A stretch of 19,425 bases of DNA, from contig CAWKBC010000037.1 in NCBI GenBank assembly GCA_963847705.1, forward strand, positions 1 through 19,425. Direction: 5' to 3'. The stretch comes from an uncultured Pseudomonadota bacterium. GTDB taxonomy: Bacteria > Myxococcota_A > Polyangia > Fen-1088. This document shows, in pieces, positions 1 through 6,997 of this stretch (position 1 is the first letter of the stretch; the number at the start of each line of letters is the position of its first letter). A model generated the notes under the pieces. That model made no database searches, was not told where the DNA came from, and saw nothing but the letters and a program-made list of their open reading frames with translations. A program made the position numbers and the translations under genes.

Positions 1-660
1 GTCGCGGTCGCCCAAAAACGGGAGCTGCGCCGGCGGGCAATCTCCGTGGCGGTCCAGGACGAGAAGAAGAAGGCCAAGCCGGTCAAACCGCCGGCGCCGC
101 CCAAGCCGATCGTCCACCCGGCGGTGGCCAAGGTGGAGCCGGTGGCGCCGAAGGCCGTCAGCGCGGCGCCGGTGGCACACGCCGCGGCGGCGCCGGTGGC
201 GATGAACCTCGCCATGTCGAACGCCAATCTCGACGTCGGACCCGGCATCGGCCTCCAGGGGCGCGCCAAGCCGACCGCCGCGCCGGTGAAGGTCGCCTCG
301 GCGATCTCCGAGCGGCGCACCCAGCGAACCCGCGAGGAGGCCGGCGGCGGCGCGCCGGACGCCCCCTGCGAAGAAGAGCCGACCAAACCGGAGGCGATCG
401 TTTCGACCCCGACGATCGACTACACGCTCTACCCGCAGGCGCAGGCCGACGGGATCGAGGGGAAGTTCAAGGCCCGTCTCACCATCGACGCCGACGGACA
501 GGTCGAGGCCGTCACGGTGCTCTCCGGCGTCGACCCGGCGTTCGACGCCGCCATCGTCGCCGCGCTCAAGCGCTGGCGCTTCAAGCCGGCCATGGCCTGC
601 GGAAAGCCGCTGGCCAGCGCCACCTTGCCGTTTACCGCCCGATTCGAGCTCGGCGACTGA
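1..660 (+). CDS. tonB: Energy transducer TonB family protein (5'-truncated by window edge)
   Basis: Frame is open from base 1 (VAVAQKRELRRRAISVAVQD...), so the true start lies upstream. Pro/Lys/Ala-rich linker, then a TonB C-terminal domain (YPQAQADGIEGKFKARLTIDADGQVEAV...AALKRWRFKPA). Lies directly before a TonB-dependent receptor. Confidence 0.88.
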   Translation, partial: VAVAQKRELRRRAISVAVQDEKKKAKPVKPPAPPKPIVHPAVAKVEPVAPKAVSAAPVAHAAAAPVAMNLAMSNANLDVGPGIGLQGRAKPTAAPVKVASAISERRTQRTREEAGGGAPDAPCEEEPTKPEAIVSTPTIDYTLYPQAQADGIEGKFKARLTIDADGQVEAVTVLSGVDPAFDAAIVAALKRWRFKPAMACGKPLASATLPFTARFELGD

Positions 661-664
661 GCGG

Positions 665-3355
665 ATGAGACGCGCGCTTGCCCTGTCGGTCGCTCTGGCG
701 GCCGCCGTCTGTACGGTGGCGGGCGGAACTGCGCGCGCCGACGACGAGGGGCCCCAGATCACCAAGCCCCCCAAGCTGGTGACGTTCGTACCGGCCGTCT
801 ATCCCCAGGAGAAGCACGACGCGCACGTCACCGGATCGGTCCTCTTGTCGATCGAGATCGGCGACGACGGCAAGGTTGGTGAGGTCGAGGTGGTCAAGGG
901 TGCCGCGCCCGACTTCGACGCCGCCGCGGTGGTCGCGGCCAAGCAGTTCATCTTCGAGCCAGCCGAGATCGACCACCAGCCGGCGCCGGTCAAGATCACC
1001 TACCGTTACGACTTCACGATCGTCGAGCAGATCGTCAAGGCCGGGCCGCAGATCAACTTCGACGGCGTGGTGCTGGAGCGGCTCAGCAAGAAGCCGCTCC
1101 CGCGCGTCTCGGTCAAGATCACCGACCTCGAAGCGGCGGCGGCGGTCACCGACCTCGACGGGAAGTTCGCCTTCACCGACGTCCCGGTCGGGACGCACAA
1201 GATCCAGCTGGCGCACCCCAAGCTGATCACCGTGATGACCGAAGAGACGATCGCGGTCGGCAAGCGCCGCACGGTGAAGTACCTCGTGGAAGAGAAGGAC
1301 GACGAGGACGAGGGGATCTCGATCGTCGTCCGCGCCCCACGCATCAAGAAGGAGGCGGTCGAGACGCGCATCCGCACCGAGGAGGCGCGGCGGGTCCCCG
1401 GCACGCAGGGGGACACGCTCAAGGTGGTGCAGAACCTCCCCGGCGTGGCCCGCTCGTCGTTCGGCTCGGGCGATCTCATCATCTGGGGCGCCGCGCCCAA
1501 CGAGACCAAGGTCAATGTCGACGGCGTCCAGATCCCGACGCTGTACCACGTGGGCGGCTTTCGCTCGACGATCAACTCCGACCTGGTTCGGTCGATCAAC
1601 CTCTCGCCTGGCTCCTATGGCGCCGACTACGGCCGTGGCATCGGCGGCCTGGTGCGGATTGATCTCGGTCCGCTCCCCAAGGAGGGGACGCACGGCTACA
1701 TCGCCGCCGACGTGCTCGACGCCTCGGCGCTGCTCTCCACGGCGATCACGCCCCAGCTGCGGCTGGCGGTCGCCGGTCGCATCAGCTACCTCGATCAGCT
1801 GCTCCCCCTCGTCACTTCAGCCGACGTGGGGGACTTCGTCCCCATCCCCCGCTATGACGACTACCAGGCGCGCGCCACGCTCGCTCTGCGCCCGGACGAG
1901 GAGCTGGCGCTGACCTTTCTCGCCTCCGACGATCACCTGAAGCGCGCCATCCCCTCCGACGATCCGAACGAGGTGCGGACCCAGAACATCGACGGCGGAT
2001 GGAAGCGGATCATCCTCCGCTACGCGCGGCTGCTCCCCGACGGAGCGTCGGTGGTGGTGACGCCGTCGTTCGGGATCGACACCTCCAGCAACCAGGAGCT
2101 GTTCGGAAGCACGCCGGTCGACGTCAGGTCGACGACCTATCAGTACGCGCTGCGCGCCGCCTACCGCCGCCGGGTCAGCCTGTCGACGACGCTCTCCTTC
2201 GGCCTCGACATGCAGGCGCAGTCGTCGACGCTCGATCGCAACGGCTCGCTGACGCTGCCGGCGCGCGAGGGGGACCCGTTCGTCTTCGGCCAGCCGCCCC
2301 GCAACGACATCGCCTCCGATCACTGGAACGTGCTGGTCATCGACACCGCCCCTTACGCCAACGCCGAGATCACGGCGGGACGGCTGTCGCTGGTCCCGGG
2401 GCTGCGCTTCGAGCCGGTGCTGATCGAAGGGAGCCCGGCGCTGCCGGCCAGTGGCGCGGCCCCGCCCAACGGCTACGCCAGCTTCTCGCTGCCGGAGAAC
2501 CCGGTCGACCAGCTCCCCAACGATCGGTTCACCCGAGCGCTGAAGGCGCTGCGCTACCTGCCCAACCCGCGCATCGCCGCCGCCTTTCGGGCCACCAAGA
2601 AGCTGACGCTCACCGCCGGCGCCGGCATCTACGGACAGCCGCCCGATCCGCTGGACATGAGCCCGGTGTTCGGCAACCCGACCATCGGCGTCTCGCGCGC
2701 CGCGCACCTCTCGGGCGGCTTCAACTACAAGCTGCGCCCCACGCTGACCCTGGAGGTCATCGGGTTTTACAAGCGGATGTGGGATCTGGTCTCGCGCAAC
2801 GACGTCCCACCGCCGGTGGCCGACCAGTTGACCCAGGACGAGATCGGGCGCGCCTACGGGGGCCAGGTGCTCTTGCGCCAGGAGCTGCTGCGCGGGTTCT
2901 TCGGCTGGATCACCTACTCGTACACGCGCAGCGAGCGCCGCGATCACCCGGACACCGACTGGCGTCTGTTCGACTTCGACCAGACGCATGCGCTCGGCGT
3001 GGTGGCCAGCTACCAGCTCGGACACGGATGGGACATCGGCACGCGCTTCCGCTACACCACCGGCTTCCCGCGCACGCCGGTGGTGAGCTCCTACCAGGAC
3101 TCCGTCACCGGGCAGTACAACCCGATCTTCGGGGCCTACAACTCCATCCGGATCCCGGCCTTCTATCAGCTCGACGCGCGCATCGAGCGCTCGTTCGTCT
3201 ACCGGCGGGTGAAGCTGAACGTCTTCCTCGACGTCCAGAACATCACCGACCGGCAGAACCCCGAGGAGATCATCTACAACTACAACTTCACGGTGAAGTC
3301 TTACATCACCGGCTTTCCGACGCTGGCGGTGTTGGGCGCCCGGGTGGAGTTCTGA
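665..3355 (+). CDS. TonB-dependent outer-membrane receptor with N-terminal TonB-C domain and carboxypeptidase-regulatory-like domain
   Basis: Signal peptide (MRRALALS...ARA). TonB-C motif (YPQEKHDAHVTGSVLLSIEIGDDGKV...AKQFIFEPA). Beta-sandwich motif VTDLDGKFAFTDVPVGTH. Plug (PGTQGDTLKVVQNLPGV, VDGVQIP, YGADYGRGIGG). Barrel ending ...VLGARVEF with terminal Phe. Confidence 0.93.
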   Translation: MRRALALSVALAAAVCTVAGGTARADDEGPQITKPPKLVTFVPAVYPQEKHDAHVTGSVLLSIEIGDDGKVGEVEVVKGAAPDFDAAAVVAAKQFIFEPAEIDHQPAPVKITYRYDFTIVEQIVKAGPQINFDGVVLERLSKKPLPRVSVKITDLEAAAAVTDLDGKFAFTDVPVGTHKIQLAHPKLITVMTEETIAVGKRRTVKYLVEEKDDEDEGISIVVRAPRIKKEAVETRIRTEEARRVPGTQGDTLKVVQNLPGVARSSFGSGDLIIWGAAPNETKVNVDGVQIPTLYHVGGFRSTINSDLVRSINLSPGSYGADYGRGIGGLVRIDLGPLPKEGTHGYIAADVLDASALLSTAITPQLRLAVAGRISYLDQLLPLVTSADVGDFVPIPRYDDYQARATLALRPDEELALTFLASDDHLKRAIPSDDPNEVRTQNIDGGWKRIILRYARLLPDGASVVVTPSFGIDTSSNQELFGSTPVDVRSTTYQYALRAAYRRRVSLSTTLSFGLDMQAQSSTLDRNGSLTLPAREGDPFVFGQPPRNDIASDHWNVLVIDTAPYANAEITAGRLSLVPGLRFEPVLIEGSPALPASGAAPPNGYASFSLPENPVDQLPNDRFTRALKALRYLPNPRIAAAFRATKKLTLTAGAGIYGQPPDPLDMSPVFGNPTIGVSRAAHLSGGFNYKLRPTLTLEVIGFYKRMWDLVSRNDVPPPVADQLTQDEIGRAYGGQVLLRQELLRGFFGWITYSYTRSERRDHPDTDWRLFDFDQTHALGVVASYQLGHGWDIGTRFRYTTGFPRTPVVSSYQDSVTGQYNPIFGAYNSIRIPAFYQLDARIERSFVYRRVKLNVFLDVQNITDRQNPEEIIYNYNFTVKSYITGFPTLAVLGARVEF

Positions 3356-4317
3356 TGAACCGCGCTTCGATCCTTCTTTTGCTGGTGGTGGCTGCCCTCG
3401 GCTGCAAGCCGGACCTCGGCGCACCCCAGTCGCTGATCATCGGACCGACCATCCTGGCGATTCGTGGAACGCCGCCCGAGAGCGCCGAAGGTGGCATGGC
3501 GACCTACGATGCCTTGACGGTCGACGTCAGCGGCACCGTCGCGGCGCCACAAATCAACTGGGCGCTCTGCCTCGCGCCCAATCCCCCGGCCAACGGAAAT
3601 GACGTCGCCGACGCCTGCCTGACGATCCCCGACGACACGACGATGCCGGCCCCCACCTTCACGGCCACGCTCTCCAGCAACGCCTGCACCCTGTTCGGCC
3701 CGGAGGCCCCGCCGCCGATGAAGGGGCAGCCGCCCATGCGTCCCGCCGATCCCGACACCACCGGCGGCTTCTACCAGCCGGTGCGCGCCACCTGGGAGAG
3801 CGACGCAGGTCCCCTGCTGGCGTTCGCCCAGCAGCGGATCACCTGCCGGCTGGCGAACGCGCCGACCGACGTCGCCGCGATGTACGCCGCCGACTACGTC
3901 CCCAACAACAACCCGACACTGGCGGATCTGGTGCTCGACCCGTCGGGAACGGCGACGTCGCTCTATGTCGCCGATGAAACGGCCGCTCCTCCGGCGGCGA
4001 CGGTGTCGGCTGGCCAGAAGGTCACGCTGCAGGCGGACTTCAGCTCTGATTCGGCCGAGACATTTCTGTTCTGGAACGTCCTGACGCTGACCTTGGACAT
4101 GCAGCGTGAGTCCCTGCGCCTCTCCTGGTTCGCGACCGGCGGCGCCTTCGAGCACGACGCGACCGGGCGCGGCCAGACGGAGACGGAGACGTTCACTCAG
4201 AATGTCTGGACCGCGCCGGCGACCCCGGGCCCGGTCTACTTCTGGACGGTGCTGCGCGATGATCGCGGCGGCATCGACTTCGACCTCATCTCGGCAGAGA
4301 TCGACGTCACGCCATGA
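3355..4317 (+). CDS. Putative lipoprotein (320 aa), partner of the TonB-dependent receptor
   Basis: ATG at 3355 overlaps the receptor stop (TGATG). MNRASILLLLVVAALG-C17 is a lipobox. Four more Cys follow. This is the real 3' part of the 1999..4317 ORF-track call. Confidence 0.85.
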   Translation: MNRASILLLLVVAALGCKPDLGAPQSLIIGPTILAIRGTPPESAEGGMATYDALTVDVSGTVAAPQINWALCLAPNPPANGNDVADACLTIPDDTTMPAPTFTATLSSNACTLFGPEAPPPMKGQPPMRPADPDTTGGFYQPVRATWESDAGPLLAFAQQRITCRLANAPTDVAAMYAADYVPNNNPTLADLVLDPSGTATSLYVADETAAPPAATVSAGQKVTLQADFSSDSAETFLFWNVLTLTLDMQRESLRLSWFATGGAFEHDATGRGQTETETFTQNVWTAPATPGPVYFWTVLRDDRGGIDFDLISAEIDVTP

Positions 4318-4327
4318 GCGAGCGCGC

Positions 4328-4348
4328 GCGAAAAGGGCGAGTTTTCGC
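4328..4348 (+). terminator. Possible weak hairpin after the TonB operon
   Basis: GCGAAAA-GGGCGAG-TTTTCGC, a 7-bp stem, with TTTT shortly after. Overlaps the upstream part of the phoB promoter repeats. Confidence 0.3.
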
Positions 4349-4352
4349 AGGG

Positions 4353-4395
4353 TTTTCGTGGCTGTAACTGGTTCGTCACCGGGCTCTTCTACTGT
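4353..4395 (+). promoter_or_regulatory. Pho-box-like direct repeats plus -10 element of the phoB-like gene (autoregulation)
   Basis: TTTTC(4353)-N6-GTAAC(4364)-N6-GTCAC(4375), 11-bp period, then exactly 10 nt and TACTGT (4390-4395). Same geometry as E. coli PhoB/sigma70 promoters. Confidence 0.75.
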
Positions 4396-4404
4396 GGCTG
4401 GCGA

Positions 4405-5145
4405 ATGACTGGGGAACCCAACGTCGATCGACGGATCTTGGTCGTCGAAGACGAGCCCGATCTGCGCGAGCTCCTGACCTACAACCTGACCGCCGCTGGC
4501 TTCACCGTGCAGGCGACGGAGAACGGGACCGACGGTCTGGAGGCGGTCCAGCGCTTCGCGCCCGACATCGTGCTGCTGGATCTCATGTTGCCCGACATTC
4601 CGGGAACCGAGGTCTGCCGGCGGATCCGCGGCGACACGGCGGCGCGCCAACCCGCGGTGATGATGCTGACCGCCAAGGGTGAAGAGATCGACCGCGTGGT
4701 CGGGTTCGAGCTGGGCGCCGACGACTACGTCGTCAAACCGTTCAGCGTGCGCGAGCTGGTGCTGCGGGTGGGGGCCATCCTCCGCGCGCGCCGCCCAGTG
4801 CCCGTCACCACCCAGGCCGCGCCGCAGCGCCGCCGCTATCTGGTCGGCCCGCTCGAGCTGGACGTCGACGGCTACCACGTCTTCGTCAACGGCGCCGAGG
4901 TCCACGTCAGCACGCTGGAGATGCGGCTGCTCGCCTATCTGGTGGAGCACCGCGGGCGCGTTCGCTCGCGCGAGGATCTTCTGGAGGACGTCTGGGGCTA
5001 CAAGCCGGGCGTCTCGACCCGGACCATCGACACGCACGTCAAGCGGCTGCGCGACAAGCTGGGGGACGCCGGCGCGCTGGTGGAGACCGTGCGCGGGACC
5101 GGTTACCGGTTGTCGGCGGACCATCAGGTCGTCATCAAGGACTGA
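4405..5145 (+). CDS. phoB: OmpR/PhoB-family response regulator, likely the phosphate regulon activator
   Basis: Receiver motifs VVEDE, LLDLMLP (phospho-Asp), MLTAK, GADDYVVKPF. Winged helix RTIDTHVKRLRDKL...ETVRGTGY. Adjacent to pst genes and preceded by a Pho box. Confidence 0.85.
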   Translation: MTGEPNVDRRILVVEDEPDLRELLTYNLTAAGFTVQATENGTDGLEAVQRFAPDIVLLDLMLPDIPGTEVCRRIRGDTAARQPAVMMLTAKGEEIDRVVGFELGADDYVVKPFSVRELVLRVGAILRARRPVPVTTQAAPQRRRYLVGPLELDVDGYHVFVNGAEVHVSTLEMRLLAYLVEHRGRVRSREDLLEDVWGYKPGVSTRTIDTHVKRLRDKLGDAGALVETVRGTGYRLSADHQVVIKD

Positions 5146-5165
5146 CCGACGCGCCTGATTGAGCG

Positions 5166-5187
5166 CCGCGCTCGGCTTCGGGCGCGG
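5166..5187. terminator. GC-rich hairpin between convergent genes (possible bidirectional terminator or REP-like element)
   Basis: CCGCGCTCG-GCTT-CGGGCGCGG, a 9-bp stem with one G-U pair and no U-tract. Confidence 0.4.
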
Positions 5188-5207
5188 GGGCCTCGACTCC
5201 GCGGTGG

Positions 5208-6026
5208 CTAGACCGCCAGGGGGGCGGGGAAGCTGGAGTCGGCGCCGAAGGCCTTGGCGGCGTCTTCCCAGGGGGCCGGGACGTCGAGCCAGAGGGGAGC
5301 GCCGAGGAGCTGCCCTCTCCCGTCGTGCGAGAAGACCCGCACGCGCGCCAGCTCGGTCGACGAGCCGGCGTTGAAGACATGCATCGGCCGCGGCGGCCCG
5401 AAGAGGCGCGCCCCGCGCGGCACGTGGCGGTGCCCGTGCAGCACGAGGTCGCAGCGACCGCGGACCCGCCGGAGGAGGTCGCGACCGCGCGACAGCTCCG
5501 AGGTGAAGATGAAACCCAGCCACGACGACAGGCGCTCCGCCACGTGCTCATCTGGCATCGGGAGCACGTGGTGGTGGAGCGCTATGACGACCAGGGCGCC
5601 GGCCGGCGCCGCGTCCAGCGCGGCATCGATGGCGTCCAGATCGGCGTCGTCGAGACTGCCGTGACCGTTGATCCAGGAACGATTGTGCGGCGCGGTCGAG
5701 TTGACGCGCACGACATAGAGCCCGGGGCGCGTCGTCGTCTGCACGCGCGGACCGTCCATCAGCTCGGCCGAAACGTCATCGCCCAGGCAGTCATGGTTGC
5801 CGGGGACGACGATCATGCGCCCCTGCGCCATCAGCGGCGCAAAGGTCGTTTCGAAGAGCTCCAGCTCGCGGCGCGACCCGCGGTGGGTCAGATCGCCGGT
5901 GGCGATCACCTGATCGATTCCCGACTCCAACAGCGCGGCGCAGAGCTGCGCGGCGTTGGCGTCGTTCTCCTCGCTCTTGCCGAGGTGAAGGTCTGAAATG
6001 TGCGCGAATCGCGCGGCCAGTTTCAT
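5208..6026 (-). CDS. Calcineurin-like metallophosphoesterase (Icc/CpdA-like), cytoplasmic
   Basis: All five motifs are present: SDLH, GDLTHRG, PGNHD, HHH, HGHRH. No signal peptide. Confidence 0.9.
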   Translation of the reverse strand: MKLAARFAHISDLHLGKSEENDANAAQLCAALLESGIDQVIATGDLTHRGSRRELELFETTFAPLMAQGRMIVVPGNHDCLGDDVSAELMDGPRVQTTTRPGLYVVRVNSTAPHNRSWINGHGSLDDADLDAIDAALDAAPAGALVVIALHHHVLPMPDEHVAERLSSWLGFIFTSELSRGRDLLRRVRGRCDLVLHGHRHVPRGARLFGPPRPMHVFNAGSSTELARVRVFSHDGRGQLLGAPLWLDVPAPWEDAAKAFGADSSFPAPLAV

Positions 6027-6053
6027 GCCACCAGGGTAGAGGCGATCGGTGAA
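6027..6053 (-). promoter_or_regulatory. Putative -10 element for a leaderless metallophosphoesterase transcript
   Basis: Minus strand reads TTCAC-N10-TACCCT-GGTGGC-ATG, i.e. TAnnnT 6 nt before the ATG with no room for an SD. Confidence 0.5.
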
Positions 6054-6065
6054 CCCGCTGCTTCA

Positions 6066-6102
6066 AACTCGTGCCGGCGGCGAAACATTGCCGGCACGAG
6101 TT
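6066..6102 (-). terminator. Perfect 13-bp stem-loop downstream of pstS (terminator or mRNA-stabilising hairpin)
   Basis: AACTCGTGCCGGC (6066-6078) and GCCGGCACGAGTT (6090-6102), 11-nt loop, about 24 nt after the pstS stop. Only a short T run on the minus strand. Confidence 0.7.
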
Positions 6103-6125
6103 GCGTCATTTGGTGGCTATCAGGG

Positions 6126-6971
6126 CTATTTAATGGGGAAATATCCCACTTTGGTGACGATCCCCTGTCCTTCAGCCGACAGGACCCAGTCGGTGAAGGC
6201 CTTGATCTCGGCCGAAGGGTTGGCCCGAACGTAGAAGAACAGCGGGCGCGAGAGCGGATAGGTTCCGTTCTTGATGGTGGCGTCCTCCGGAGCGATCGCC
6301 TGCGACGCCGCGTCCTTCTTGATCTTGAGGACCTTGATCCCCTTGGCGTAGGCGGCGCCACCATAGCCGATCCCGAACTTCTCCTTGACCACCGCGTTCA
6401 CCACCGCGGCCGTCCCCGGCATCGCCTGCGCGCGCGGGGTGTAGTCGGCGTTCTGCAGCACGTGCTCCTTGAAGAAGACATACGTGCCCGAGCTGTTCTC
6501 CCGCGAGTAGGGGATGATCTTGGCGTCCGGGCCGCCGACGCCCTTCCAGTTGTCGATCTTGCCGGTGAAGATCTGCTTGAGCTGGTCCATCGTCAGCTCG
6601 TTCAGCGGGTTGGAGTCGTTGACGTAGACCGACAGCCCGTCCTTGGCCACGGTGATCTCCACCGGCGGCGCGCCTGCCTTGTCGGCCAGCTGCTTCTTCT
6701 CCGCGTCCTTCATGGCGCGCGACGCTTCGCAGACGTCGGTCGTGCCGTTGATGAGCGCGCTGATCCCGGTCCCCGAGCCACCGCCGGTGACCTGGATGGT
6801 CGTGGCGGTGTGCTTCTTCATGTACTCCTCGGCCCACCGCTGCCCGAGCACCACCATCGTGTCCGAGCCCTTCACCGTCACGGTTCCGGCCAGGGCAGGT
6901 TTCGCCCCCAGCGTCCCCGCCGCGAGAGTTGCCGCCGCAAGCGCGATTTTTGCCCCAGTTCTGATCTTCAT
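6126..6971 (-). CDS. pstS: Phosphate ABC transporter periplasmic binding protein PstS (281 aa)
   Basis: Start at ATG 6971 after SD AAAGGAG. Signal peptide ...PALA. Motifs VKGSDT, GGGSGTGI, SRENSSGT, GIGYGG, YPLSRPLFFY. Confidence 0.95.
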   Translation of the reverse strand: MKIRTGAKIALAAATLAAGTLGAKPALAGTVTVKGSDTMVVLGQRWAEEYMKKHTATTIQVTGGGSGTGISALINGTTDVCEASRAMKDAEKKQLADKAGAPPVEITVAKDGLSVYVNDSNPLNELTMDQLKQIFTGKIDNWKGVGGPDAKIIPYSRENSSGTYVFFKEHVLQNADYTPRAQAMPGTAAVVNAVVKEKFGIGYGGAAYAKGIKVLKIKKDAASQAIAPEDATIKNGTYPLSRPLFFYVRANPSAEIKAFTDWVLSAEGQGIVTKVGYFPIK

Positions 6972-6997
6972 TGGTCTCTCTCCTTTTGACGTGTTGG

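Noticed and set aside
1999-3354. 5' part of the 772-aa ORF 1999..4317
   Set aside because: Out-of-frame shadow within the receptor with Arg/Pro-rich nonsense composition. The real gene starts at ATG 3355 with a lipobox.
632-5523. Long antisense ORFs (632..1693, 1817..3424, 3301..5523)
   Set aside because: They mirror well-supported genes on the opposite strand. This is expected from high GC3 bias, and they show no motifs or start signals.
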